From an uncultured virus (IMG/VR IMGVR_UViG_3300032220_002272) (lineage: Duplodnaviria > Heunggongvirae > Uroviricota > Caudoviricetes): a DNA stretch of 64,000 bases. The notes beneath the pieces were generated by a model. That model was given only the letters and a program-made list of their open reading frames with translations. It had not been told where the DNA came from and did no database searches. The stretch lies in IMG/VR virus record IMGVR_UViG_3300032220_002272. One strand, given 5' to 3'. The stretch's first letter is position 1; each line of letters begins with the position of its first letter. A program made the translations under genes and the position numbers. Below, in pieces: positions 47,540 through 55,436 of this stretch.

Positions 47540-47860
47540 GTTGCCCCCCCGCAACCAAGCGATGGTTGCGGGGGCAACCGGGTTCGGTTGCGGGGGCAAC
47601 CAAGATGCGGTTGCGGGGGTGCGGTTACGGGGTGTGGCCGCGCCGTCCCGATCGGGCAGACGCCCCGGATTTCTGCGGCGACAGACGCAACAAGCCCCGC
47701 AACAGGCCCCCGCAACAAGCGGCGTTTGTTGCCCGCAACAGACGCAACAGGTTGCGGGGTTTGTTGCGGGGGGTGCCGCAACCAAGATTTCGCAGATTTC
47801 TGCGGGCTAGAGGCCCCTCACCCACCCCGCAACCCCGCAACAGGTTGCCCCCGCAACCAA
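47540..47860. repeat. Array of ~15 CGCAAC/GTTGCG motifs in both orientations
   Basis: Counted by eye; lies between the satellite cos and terS. Confidence 0.8.
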
Positions 47861-47935
47861 CTTTTTGATTTCGTAGCTGGGGTTACGTCGGGGTGCGCAA
47901 TTACCCCCGTTGCAGAAGGGGGTCGGAAGGACCCA
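47851..47935 (-). other. Satellite cos copy
   Basis: Ungapped 71/85 match to 34141-34225; exact GGGTCCT cosQ-like motif. Confidence 0.8.
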
Positions 47936-48017
47936 AAAGACCCCCCGGGGGGTATAGGCGACGGGATCGGCAGGCACGCCGGGCGGCCGTCGCCCCCTGT
48001 CCCCCGTGACGGGCACT

Positions 48018-48059
48018 TTCGTCCCTAGGGACAGCGCCGTTCGTCCCTAGGGACAGCGC
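48018..48059. repeat. Two 20-bp direct repeats TTCGTCCCTAGGGACAGCGC
   Basis: Perfect repeats, each with palindrome GTCCCTAGGGAC. Confidence 0.8.
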
Positions 48060-48095
48060 GCGAAGGCGCGGCGCCATGGGGCTGCTGCGATGCCG

Positions 48096-48809
48096 CTAAC
48101 GTTTCGGCTTCATCGCCAGGCTCGCACGGAAGCCCGCCAGGATGCCAAATAGGTCGGCGGTGCGCGGTGACGGGTAGAGCTTCACGTCGTAGTGTATCGA
48201 GCCGTTCTTCGGCGTACCGATCGCGAGCACGCTGTCGTGCGTCACGCTGCGTCGCGGACCGGAATAGACGGGTTCGTTGGCGTACAGGCGGCGCGCCTGA
48301 TTGAGCGCGTCAAGTGGCCCCATGACCGCGCCATAAAAGTCGCCCCATCGCGCCTCCAGCTCGATCGTCATCGCGTCGCGGGCGACGTTGACGAAGCCTT
48401 CCCATGCGATCTCATGCAGCCGCTTGGCCTCTGCCAGGGCCTCCCGGCGCGCGGTCAGGTGATCGGATACGCTCGACAGCGCCTGCGCGATGATCGTCCG
48501 CTTGCCCCTCCACGCCGACAGGGCGGCGGCGGTGGCATCCTGCGCTTCGCGCAACCGCCCTTCCCAATCCGCTGACGCCGCCGCCGTCGGGTTGTCGGCG
48601 AGCAGCTGCGCCAACTCGGCGGTGACGTCAGGATCCTGCGCAGGCTCGATCGCAGCGTGCTCGGCCTGCGCAGCACGCAAATCGCGTTCGCGCTTGGCGG
48701 CGTCGTTCACATCGGCCTGCGCGGCCTGCACGGCAGCGGCGGCGGCGTCCACGTCCGCACTGAGGCGGACGACGCGAGCCAGAGTTTCGGGGTTCGAGAT
48801 AGGCGGCAA
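48096..48809 (-). CDS. Coiled-coil protein, paralogue of 52068-52769
   Basis: TTG start after AAGGAG; AWEGFV..EL..RW..V..PL. Confidence 0.65.
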   Translation of the reverse strand: MPPISNPETLARVVRLSADVDAAAAAVQAAQADVNDAAKRERDLRAAQAEHAAIEPAQDPDVTAELAQLLADNPTAAASADWEGRLREAQDATAAALSAWRGKRTIIAQALSSVSDHLTARREALAEAKRLHEIAWEGFVNVARDAMTIELEARWGDFYGAVMGPLDALNQARRLYANEPVYSGPRRSVTHDSVLAIGTPKNGSIHYDVKLYPSPRTADLFGILAGFRASLAMKPKR

Positions 48810-48899
48810 AGTGCATCTCCTTCGTGGCACTGGTGAAAGACGGGCTGCCGCGCGATCATCCCCGGACCGGCCAACGAGTCGGACAGGGAGGCGACAGCA

Positions 48900-49349
48900 A
48901 TGGACGAGGTTTCAGGCCACCGATTGGACGACGTGATTGCGCAAAAACGGGTGCCGGTATTGATCCGGCGCGGCCCAGGTCTTCCGCCGCGGCTTCAGAT
49001 ACCGTTCGACCTCGGCAATCGGGCTTGGTTGCGAGCGACGGGCATGAACAATCCGAAATGGATCGCGCCGGATAAGCAATGGGAGGTGCCGCAATCCCGC
49101 TTTACGGAATTGGTGAACAGGTGCCTCGAAAAATTCGGGAAGGTGTGGGTGGTCCAGCCCTACAACGAACAGGAGAAGTGCGCTCCGGCATGCTGGGACG
49201 CGGAGAAGGAAGAATGCCAGTGCTCTTGCATGGGCGTGAACCACGGCTCGCGCGGTCCGGCTGGGCGCTGGAAAATCGTGTCGGACCATTTCGCCACCCG
49301 ATGGCTCGGCGCCCGCATGGCGGCGAGGCTGGTCGTGAGACGGTCCTAG
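48900..49349 (+). CDS. Cys-rich accessory protein
   Basis: GGAGG RBS; CAPACWDA..ECQCSCMGVNHG. Confidence 0.65.
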   Translation: MDEVSGHRLDDVIAQKRVPVLIRRGPGLPPRLQIPFDLGNRAWLRATGMNNPKWIAPDKQWEVPQSRFTELVNRCLEKFGKVWVVQPYNEQEKCAPACWDAEKEECQCSCMGVNHGSRGPAGRWKIVSDHFATRWLGARMAARLVVRRS

Positions 49350-49933
49350 ATCAGGCCCGCCGTCATCCCGGCGGCGCATGTCGGCGGCGCATTGGGCGCG
49401 ACAGACGTCACGGTCTTAATCGGCTCCCGGTAGGGTGGCCGTGGTGGACCGTAGTACAGCGCGCGACTCACCATCGTTCCGTCGGATAGCAGCCGCATCG
49501 CTCCATCCTCGACCGCGATCCGCATCCATTTCTCCGGCACGTCACCGATCGGCCCGCCTTCGCGCACGCTCGAGAGCCAGAGCGGGAATTGCGCGTCTGT
49601 GAATCGCTTGACCTCGATCAGCGCGTCAGCCTGTTCCGACGCGGGGGGCTGGTAGCGGTTGAGGATGTCGAGGCATTGGCTGGGCGACGGAAACCATTCG
49701 AGGGTCGCGCAAGCCGTGCGGGCCATGAACGCCAAGGCGGCTTCGCTCCGATCGCCCAGCAACGCCGCGTAAACGGCAAACCGCATTTTCCCGGTCCGGT
49801 CGTCATCGCCGCGCGAGGGTAGCGCCGCGCGCATGAAGTCGAGATGCCGGGCCAACTGGTCGCGCGTCGCCGGCGTCGCGGCACCGCCGGCCGTGGACAA
49901 GGCCCATTCGCGCAGCTGGTCAGCCTCGGCCAT
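49346..49933 (-). CDS. Replication accessory protein (loader-like position)
   Basis: Downstream of the initiator; WFPSPSQCL; start uncertain (alternative 50059). Confidence 0.55.
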   Translation of the reverse strand: MAEADQLREWALSTAGGAATPATRDQLARHLDFMRAALPSRGDDDRTGKMRFAVYAALLGDRSEAALAFMARTACATLEWFPSPSQCLDILNRYQPPASEQADALIEVKRFTDAQFPLWLSSVREGGPIGDVPEKWMRIAVEDGAMRLLSDGTMVSRALYYGPPRPPYREPIKTVTSVAPNAPPTCAAGMTAGLI

Positions 49934-50669
49934 CGTCGTCGGCGTTCCCACCGGCCTGCACCTCACGGAGGGCGGCGACGAAGCCATCGAGGGGCCGTCC
50001 TCTATCACGCGCAGCGCCCGCGCCGCCGCCGCGCCGATCCCCGAAGGTCCGTTGTCCATGCTCGCCTCCCGTGATGCTCGATTGCCGGCGGCTGCGGCGG
50101 ACCCAATTGCGCCAGGTCGCCAGCCAATCGGCCTTCCGGCCCGCCGCGCCCGGCTGCGCGACCCAATAGTCGCGGAACACGTCCGCCTCCGCGCTGGCAT
50201 CCGCGGCGGTCCATCCGCGCTCTGCCGTCGCCCACGCAGTCCATTCGGCCGGCGGGGTGAAGTCCGACGCGAGCCGCGATCCTGATGCCGCCGCCGGCCG
50301 CGTCTTCGCGCGCACGGACTTATCTCTATTACTGACGGTTCTTGGTGTATTGGGGGGCAGCGTGTCCGGGGTTTGGGTATTCTCTGTCCGGGGGGACAGC
50401 GTGTCCGGGGGGACAGCGTGTCCGGGGTGAACGGTATAGAGAATGCCGCGACCGGGCTTTCGAATTGTGCTGATGCAGCCGCCCGCCTCCAATCGCGCCA
50501 TGACACGCCGCGCAGTGCGTACATCGACGCCGGTTTTCTCGGCTATCGTCGGCATCGATGGCCAGCACTGCCCGCTCTCATTCGCCCAGTCGGCAAGTGC
50601 GACCAGGACGAGGCGGTCGATAGGCGGAACCCCCGATGCCCACGCCTCGGCGATGAGGCGGAAACTCAT
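49920..50669 (-). CDS. Satellite replication initiator (HTH_36, lambda-O-like layout)
   Basis: LVLVALADWANESGQCWPSMPTIA; internal iterons; C-terminal FRDYW..DWLATWRNW. Confidence 0.8.
   Translation of the reverse strand: MSFRLIAEAWASGVPPIDRLVLVALADWANESGQCWPSMPTIAEKTGVDVRTARRVMARLEAGGCISTIRKPGRGILYTVHPGHAVPPDTLSPRTENTQTPDTLPPNTPRTVSNRDKSVRAKTRPAAASGSRLASDFTPPAEWTAWATAERGWTAADASAEADVFRDYWVAQPGAAGRKADWLATWRNWVRRSRRQSSITGGEHGQRTFGDRRGGGAGAARDRGRPLDGFVAALREVQAGGNADDDGRG
50352..50427. repeat. Iteron-like repeats (putative satellite ori)
   Basis: 17-bp tandem TGTCCGGGGGGACAGCG units inside the initiator gene. Confidence 0.7.
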
Positions 50670-50995
50670 TATGCATCGCCGATGCGGGGGTGAAGCTCCG
50701 TAAAGGCCCCGCGCCCCCGGCTGTGAAATCGCGTCAGGTGTCCGTCGCGTTCCAGCTCCCGGATACCGCGCTGGACGGCCCGGAGGCTGTACCCCGATTC
50801 GTGAGATATTGCCGCCACGGAGCTGCGGACCGCGCCACGCTCATCGACGTCGAGCGCAAGGACCATGAGGACCAGCTTTGCGACAGGTCCGCACCGCACG
50901 CGGGTGCATCGTTCGAACAGATCGATCACCGCCGGACTGCGATCATGGCTTGGCGTTGAGACTGACCGGTCTTTACCGGCGCATGCGTCAAGCAT
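50669..50995 (-). CDS. HTH protein
   Basis: KLVLMVLA..SVAAISHESGYSLRAVQRGIRELE. Confidence 0.65.
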   Translation of the reverse strand: MLDACAGKDRSVSTPSHDRSPAVIDLFERCTRVRCGPVAKLVLMVLALDVDERGAVRSSVAAISHESGYSLRAVQRGIRELERDGHLTRFHSRGRGAFTELHPRIGDA

Positions 50996-51458
50996 GCCCC
51001 TGTCCCGATCGAACGGCGAGCAACAGGCGATCGACGTGGGCGACCGTCAGCGTCAGGTGCGCCGGGACGGTGATGCCGCGCAGGCCCGCCACGTCGAAGC
51101 CTTGGCGGTCCACGAAGACCGCCGTTGGCCGGCCGTGTTCCTCATGCCAGCGCGCGACGGCGGCGGCCCGGTCGGGGTTCGCCCAATCCGTCCGCCAGTC
51201 GGATGCGAATGCTGCGCGGACGCCGTCCGAGAGCAGCTGATCGCGTGCGTCGTAGGGATCGGTACTGGCGGTGCATACCAGGACCGCCCCCAGCTTGTCG
51301 CACAGGTGAGTAACGGCAGCGACAGGGGGATGCCTCAACACGACGGCGCCGCCGGTTGGAGCGCCAGCAGGCGGCACAAGCCCTACCGTCGTCACTCTCG
51401 ATGCGGCGGTGACGATCACGGGATTGAGGAAGACGACTGGAGGATGCTGTGACGGCAT
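50988..51458 (-). CDS. Hypothetical protein
   Basis: AAGGA RBS, coupled to the next gene. Confidence 0.45.
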   Translation of the reverse strand: MPSQHPPVVFLNPVIVTAASRVTTVGLVPPAGAPTGGAVVLRHPPVAAVTHLCDKLGAVLVCTASTDPYDARDQLLSDGVRAAFASDWRTDWANPDRAAAVARWHEEHGRPTAVFVDRQGFDVAGLRGITVPAHLTLTVAHVDRLLLAVRSGQGHA

Positions 51459-51532
51459 AGGACGGTCCTTGTTCGATGGCGGCAGGCGCTGTTGCCGGTG
51501 CGTGATGTGCGATGACCTAGGGTCGTCCAGTC

Positions 51533-52045
51533 TCAGCGGACGCCCGCGGTGGGTGCGCGCAGCGTTTGACCCGTCATCCGCGGGCCAGCCCCGGCTTTGT
51601 CGAGCATAGTCGAAACCGCATGTTCGACCGCCGCCGCCGGCGCATCCCCGTCGAACGACAGATGGTCGCCGATGCGATCCCGTTCGGCGAATGGACGGAC
51701 GGTGACGGTCGTGCCACCCGGCCCGCATTGCACCTCGACCCAATCCCCCTTGGTATGTTCGACACCAGCCGGCCAGTCTGGGCCAGGTCGCGCATAGACG
51801 GCGATGACAGCGCGCTTTGGCTGCATGTCGTCGGCAAACTGAGGCTCGATCACGAGGACGACACCGGCGGACGCCAACTCGGCGGCGGCGCGCTCCAGTG
51901 CGGGCATCACCCGTTCCTGCAACTGATCGATAAACGGGCGCAGGATGGTCAGGCCGTTGCGCCGGTCACGCTCTGCGGCGGCGGCGGTGTTGAGGTCGAG
52001 GCGGATAGCCCCGGCGCGCGCGATCAGGGCGGCGAGATAGGTCAT
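51533..52045 (-). CDS. Hypothetical protein
   Basis: GGAG RBS, 170 aa. Confidence 0.5.
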   Translation of the reverse strand: MTYLAALIARAGAIRLDLNTAAAAERDRRNGLTILRPFIDQLQERVMPALERAAAELASAGVVLVIEPQFADDMQPKRAVIAVYARPGPDWPAGVEHTKGDWVEVQCGPGGTTVTVRPFAERDRIGDHLSFDGDAPAAAVEHAVSTMLDKAGAGPRMTGQTLRAPTAGVR

Positions 52046-52067
52046 AGGTATCTCCGTTTCCGGTCAA

Positions 52068-52769
52068 TCAGGAGGCGAGCGCAGCACGCAAAGCGTCGAC
52101 CGCTTCGGGGTGGCGATCCCGCACGCCGCCGCCGCCGCGCTCCGCCACCAGCAGATAAACGCGCTCGTTGCCGGGTCCGACGAGCGACAGCGAGCTCTCC
52201 GGCGCGATGCGGCGTTGCAAGCCATTGACGATGCCGCCCGGCCCGTCCGCCAGCCGCAGAAGGGAAAGCTCCTGCATAGGGGTGAGCACCTCGCGGGTCA
52301 GAACCTCCCAGCGCGTCAGCAATTCGGCGGCCAGGCCGTCATACGCCCCCCGCACGAACGCCTCCCATGCGTGCGCGCGATCGACCTGCCCCGCGGCGAT
52401 GTCCGCTTCCAGCCCCGCGATCTCGCCCTCGACCGCCGTCAGGGCCTGATGGAAAGCAGCCTGTACGGCGGCGGCGGCGTGATCCTGAACCGCCGCCGCC
52501 GCACGGCTATCGCGAAGCTGCGCCGTCGTGCTCGCGTCGATTGCCGTCGCCGGATCGGCAGCGAGGCGCGCAGCCAGATCGTCGGTTGCCGCGTCGGGTG
52601 CTGTCGACACAGCGCTTTCGCCTGCGATCCGCGCCGTAAGGGCATCGCGTCGGGCGCGCGCGCCGTCGAGGCGATCCGTGAAAGTCGCCAGGGCGGTATC
52701 GAGCTTGCGTACATCGGCGTCGAGCGCGGCAATGCGCTGACGCTCCGCCGTGTTGGTGAAGGGCGTCAT
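52068..52769 (-). CDS. Coiled-coil protein, paralogue of 48096-48809
   Basis: AAGGA RBS; AWEAFV..EL..RW..V..PM. Confidence 0.68.
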   Translation of the reverse strand: MTPFTNTAERQRIAALDADVRKLDTALATFTDRLDGARARRDALTARIAGESAVSTAPDAATDDLAARLAADPATAIDASTTAQLRDSRAAAAVQDHAAAAVQAAFHQALTAVEGEIAGLEADIAAGQVDRAHAWEAFVRGAYDGLAAELLTRWEVLTREVLTPMQELSLLRLADGPGGIVNGLQRRIAPESSLSLVGPGNERVYLLVAERGGGGVRDRHPEAVDALRAALAS

Positions 52770-52935
52770 GGTGAATCCTTGTAATGGTGGGAGGCTGCCG
52801 GCGGACTGACATCGCCGGCTTGGGTCACGCCAGGCGATGGCGTGCCGGGTGGGGATGAGAAAGGCGACCAAGCCAGCGCGGTCCCCTGCCCGGTGCTATC
52901 CGCGCTTCGCTTCTCGGTAAGCGGTCACAGGCTGA

Positions 52936-53160
52936 TTACCGCGCCAGCGCCTTGCCGGCCTTGGCGAGCAGGCCAGCCCACCCATGGTCCGGCGCGGCGG
53001 CGGCGCGCTCGGCGGGCGCGGCGTTTTTCAGCGGTGCGCCGGCCTTCGCGAAGGCGCCTCCCCAGCCGTTCTTTGCGTCGGCGCGGTGAGCGGCGCCCCA
53101 ATCGCGCAGGCCCGCGGTGGCCGCGGGCGTTCCGAAGTGCGAGAAATCGTGTTTCGGCAT
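52936..53160 (-). CDS. Small protein with repeated W-G/A-x-x-x-AKAG motifs
   Basis: GAGGA RBS; MPKHDFSHFG...WGGAFAKAG...WAGLLAKAG. Confidence 0.5.
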   Translation of the reverse strand: MPKHDFSHFGTPAATAGLRDWGAAHRADAKNGWGGAFAKAGAPLKNAAPAERAAAAPDHGWAGLLAKAGKALAR

Positions 53161-53195
53161 GTGTCGTCCTCGCTGGCGTATTGAAGCGAACCCGA

Positions 53196-53531
53196 TCACC
53201 GCGGCCAGCGACGCGGGGGCGGGATCAGGTGCGCGAACGGAGACGATGGCGTGGGAGGTGGCGCGTCTGCATCGCCGCGAAGGTGCGCGAAAGGGCCTGA
53301 CGGCGGTGGGACCGCTGCGCCGGGGCGAAGGTGTCCGAAGGTCCCGACCGGCGGGGCGTCGCGCTTGACCAGGTGCCATACCTGCCATGGCAGGCGCCTG
53401 CGGTCCGTCCTCCGCTTCGGCTCCGGCTGCTCTGCGTTCGCAAGCACGGGCGACGGCGCGGCGGCCGGTGCCTGCCCCTTCATTGTGCGGAACGCGGCCA
53501 TGAGCATTTCGAAGGGGGAACGGCTCGCCAT
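53196..53531 (-). CDS. Pro-rich protein with repeated PFAHL-like motifs
   Basis: SPFEML, GTFGHL, GPFAHL, SPFAHL; TGATG coupling. Confidence 0.5.
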   Translation of the reverse strand: MASRSPFEMLMAAFRTMKGQAPAAAPSPVLANAEQPEPKRRTDRRRLPWQVWHLVKRDAPPVGTFGHLRPGAAVPPPSGPFAHLRGDADAPPPTPSSPFAHLIPPPRRWPR

Positions 53532-53788
53532 CAGGACGCGTCCGCTGCTCGGCCCGCCCGGCGGAGGACGATCATATTGCGGCCGGACAGCTCATGAAGG
53601 GCGCGGCGCGTTACGTCGACCGGTAGGCCGGACGCAGCGGCGGCGGCGGCATCCGTGCCTCCATAGACGCCGGCAGGATCGACCATGCCACGGATCGCTC
53701 GCAGGACGGTGCGGGCGTTCAACGACACATCGAACCCGCCAGGGCGCGACGCGGAGCGCGAACGCTGCGCGATCGTGCCGCGCTTCAC
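53531..53788 (-). CDS. Small winged-helix-like protein
   Basis: GTGA overlap with the upstream gene; SGLPVDVTRRALHEL. Confidence 0.45.
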   Translation of the reverse strand: MKRGTIAQRSRSASRPGGFDVSLNARTVLRAIRGMVDPAGVYGGTDAAAAAASGLPVDVTRRALHELSGRNMIVLRRAGRAADAS

Positions 53789-54012
53789 TTCGCTTCCCCA
53801 GCCGATGAGCGCGCCGCCGCAGCTTCCTGGGCAGCGAAATGCTTCGCCAGCGTCGACCGCCGGGCGCAGACTGTCTTGCCCATCTTGAAGGTCGGAAGAC
53901 CGCCGTTGCCGTGAAGGTGATACACCTGCTTGGCGGTCAGATTGAGATGTTCGGCGATCGCGTTGACCCCATGAAGGAGGTCCGTTGTCGATGCGCCCTG
54001 TGCGTCGCTCAT
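53785..54012 (-). CDS. AlpA/excisionase-like DNA-binding protein
   Basis: LLHGVNAIAEHL..LPTFKMGKTVCARRSTL; first gene inside the right end. Confidence 0.75.
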   Translation of the reverse strand: MSDAQGASTTDLLHGVNAIAEHLNLTAKQVYHLHGNGGLPTFKMGKTVCARRSTLAKHFAAQEAAAARSSAGEAK

Positions 54013-54108
54013 GCGTCACTCCATGCGTTATTGAGGTGCCGGCCGATCTCGAAAAATGGCGGAAAACCGCCATTTATGCCGGCAGATGTCGGGAACACGC
54101 CTGACGTG

Positions 54109-54132
54109 AAAAAGGGGCGCCGTAGCGCCCCT
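54109..54132 (-). terminator. Intrinsic terminator just inside the satellite right end
   Basis: GGGGCGC-TACG-GCGCCCC-TTTTT on the minus strand. Confidence 0.75.
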
Positions 54133-54186
54133 AAACTGTTGGAAAACTGCCGTTTTCTACCCTCTCAGCGTGAGAGGATACACAAG

Positions 54187-54193
54187 TATTCGG
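54187..54193. repeat. Satellite right att core TATTCGG
   Basis: Identical to 34640-34646. Confidence 0.85.
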
Positions 54194-54446
54194 CCTGCAC
54201 GTCTTTGAATGCCACGGTCGCCACAGGCCGCGACTTGGTCGCCACTACGATGCGCGTCGCCTTCTGCGTAAAGGGCGTCGGCGTGTCGAACGTGTCGTTG
54301 ATCTCGTCCTGCTCGACTGCGGCGACGCCGCGAGCGAGGTCGTTCAGCGCCAGCGACATCGCGAACGGGACCTGCTGCGCGCCTAGCGCGATCATCGCCC
54401 GGTGCAGTGGTTTGAGGTCAGCCTTAATGCTGATCCCGACGGGCAT
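54187..54446 (-). pseudogene. 5' part of the interrupted helper gene
   Basis: MPVGISIKADL..QVPFAMSLALN..FDTPTPFT..KDVQAEY; currently ends CILSR-stop in satellite DNA. Confidence 0.88.
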
Positions 54447-54631
54447 CAGGCCCGACTGCGGCCGCGCACCGCGGCGCGCGCCTCGGCGGCGATCCGCTCA
54501 ACGTTCGCGATGCGATCCTCGGCGCGGCCGTGGCTTTCGACATCAGTCTCGAAGTCAAACGCGGCGCTGTGCAGCTCGCCGGCCAAGCGCTCGAGGATCA
54601 TCGCAGTGGTAGCGACAGGCTGGGGCATCAA
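54446..54631 (-). CDS. Small hypothetical protein
   Basis: GGAGG RBS; TGATG coupling to the split gene. Confidence 0.5.
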   Translation of the reverse strand: MMPQPVATTAMILERLAGELHSAAFDFETDVESHGRAEDRIANVERIAAEARAAVRGRSRA

Positions 54632-54763
54632 CGCCTCCCAACTTCCGAAACTTCGGTAGCCTTCGGACTTCCGCCGGCGCGGGCCGGGGAATGAGGTGGC
54701 GGGCGCGATTGGCTCATTGGCCAGCCTTCAAACCCGCGAGACTGCTTACGGCAGTGGCGCCCA

Positions 54764-55342
54764 TCAGCTGGGCTGGCGTTCCTGTACCTGATCCGTTCGC
54801 AAATGCATAGAGGCGATCTTGAAGTCGAACGGGCCGCCGAACGTCACGACTGTCCATGCGCCATCGGATTGCACCACTTCCCCGGTAAGACCGCGAAAGT
54901 GATTGCTTTCGACCCGCACCTGCTGCCCCGCGGCGAAGAGCGGCGCCCCTGCGCCGGTCGATCGCCGCGCCTTTCCACGCAGCTCCTCGGTGCGGAGGCG
55001 CTCGACCTCCGAATTCCATACCCGGACCACCTTCCCCAGGTGGTGGAAGATCGAAAACGCGGGGTAAGGTGAGACCGGCAGACGTAGGACGATTTGGAGA
55101 TCATCGAGCCGATTGGCGCGAGCGAAAACGAACGTCGGCATAAGCGCGACCTCGACCTCGGTGGTCTTCGTCTTGCCCCGCAGCGCGCGACGTTTCTGCA
55201 TGCGCGTCGGCGTCCAAACATCATAGCCCGCTGCGCGCAACGCCTCGGCGAGGATCAACGTCCGCGGCGCAGCGGTGCGCAGCACAATCCATCGATCCGC
55301 ATCACGCGCGGCGCCCGCCGCCTCAATCCTCTGGTGCATCAT
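54764..55342 (-). CDS. NusG-family antiterminator (NGN + KOW), probable late regulator
   Basis: WIVLRT, ALMPTFVF, FAAGQQVRV..FRGLTGEV; occupies the Q-like position. Confidence 0.78.
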   Translation of the reverse strand: MMHQRIEAAGAARDADRWIVLRTAAPRTLILAEALRAAGYDVWTPTRMQKRRALRGKTKTTEVEVALMPTFVFARANRLDDLQIVLRLPVSPYPAFSIFHHLGKVVRVWNSEVERLRTEELRGKARRSTGAGAPLFAAGQQVRVESNHFRGLTGEVVQSDGAWTVVTFGGPFDFKIASMHLRTDQVQERQPS

Positions 55343-55436
55343 CCGCTATTCCCCGCATGCGATCACCGCGGGGACGGCTATCGCGTCACCTATGTGACGC
55401 GGGCCACGGCGGCGGAATAGTTGCCATTCCGTTCCG

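Larger units (their letters stand above)
34647..54193 (-). mobile_element. 19.5-kb phage-satellite-like element integrated inside the helper prophage
   Basis: Integrase at the edge, 7-bp direct repeat, split target gene, own rep, cos copy and terS; no recognisable capsid/portal/terL/lysis genes. Confidence 0.88.

Noticed and set aside
47540..48059. CRISPR array
   Set aside because: Repeats are short, in mixed orientation and irregularly spaced, with no unique spacers and no cas genes; better explained as cos/Rep binding sites.
34647..54193. Second complete prophage or assembly duplication
   Set aside because: No recognisable capsid, portal, TerL, sheath, tube or lysis genes; the paralogues are diverged rather than identical, and the ends are precise. 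A streamlined prophage remnant is not fully excluded.
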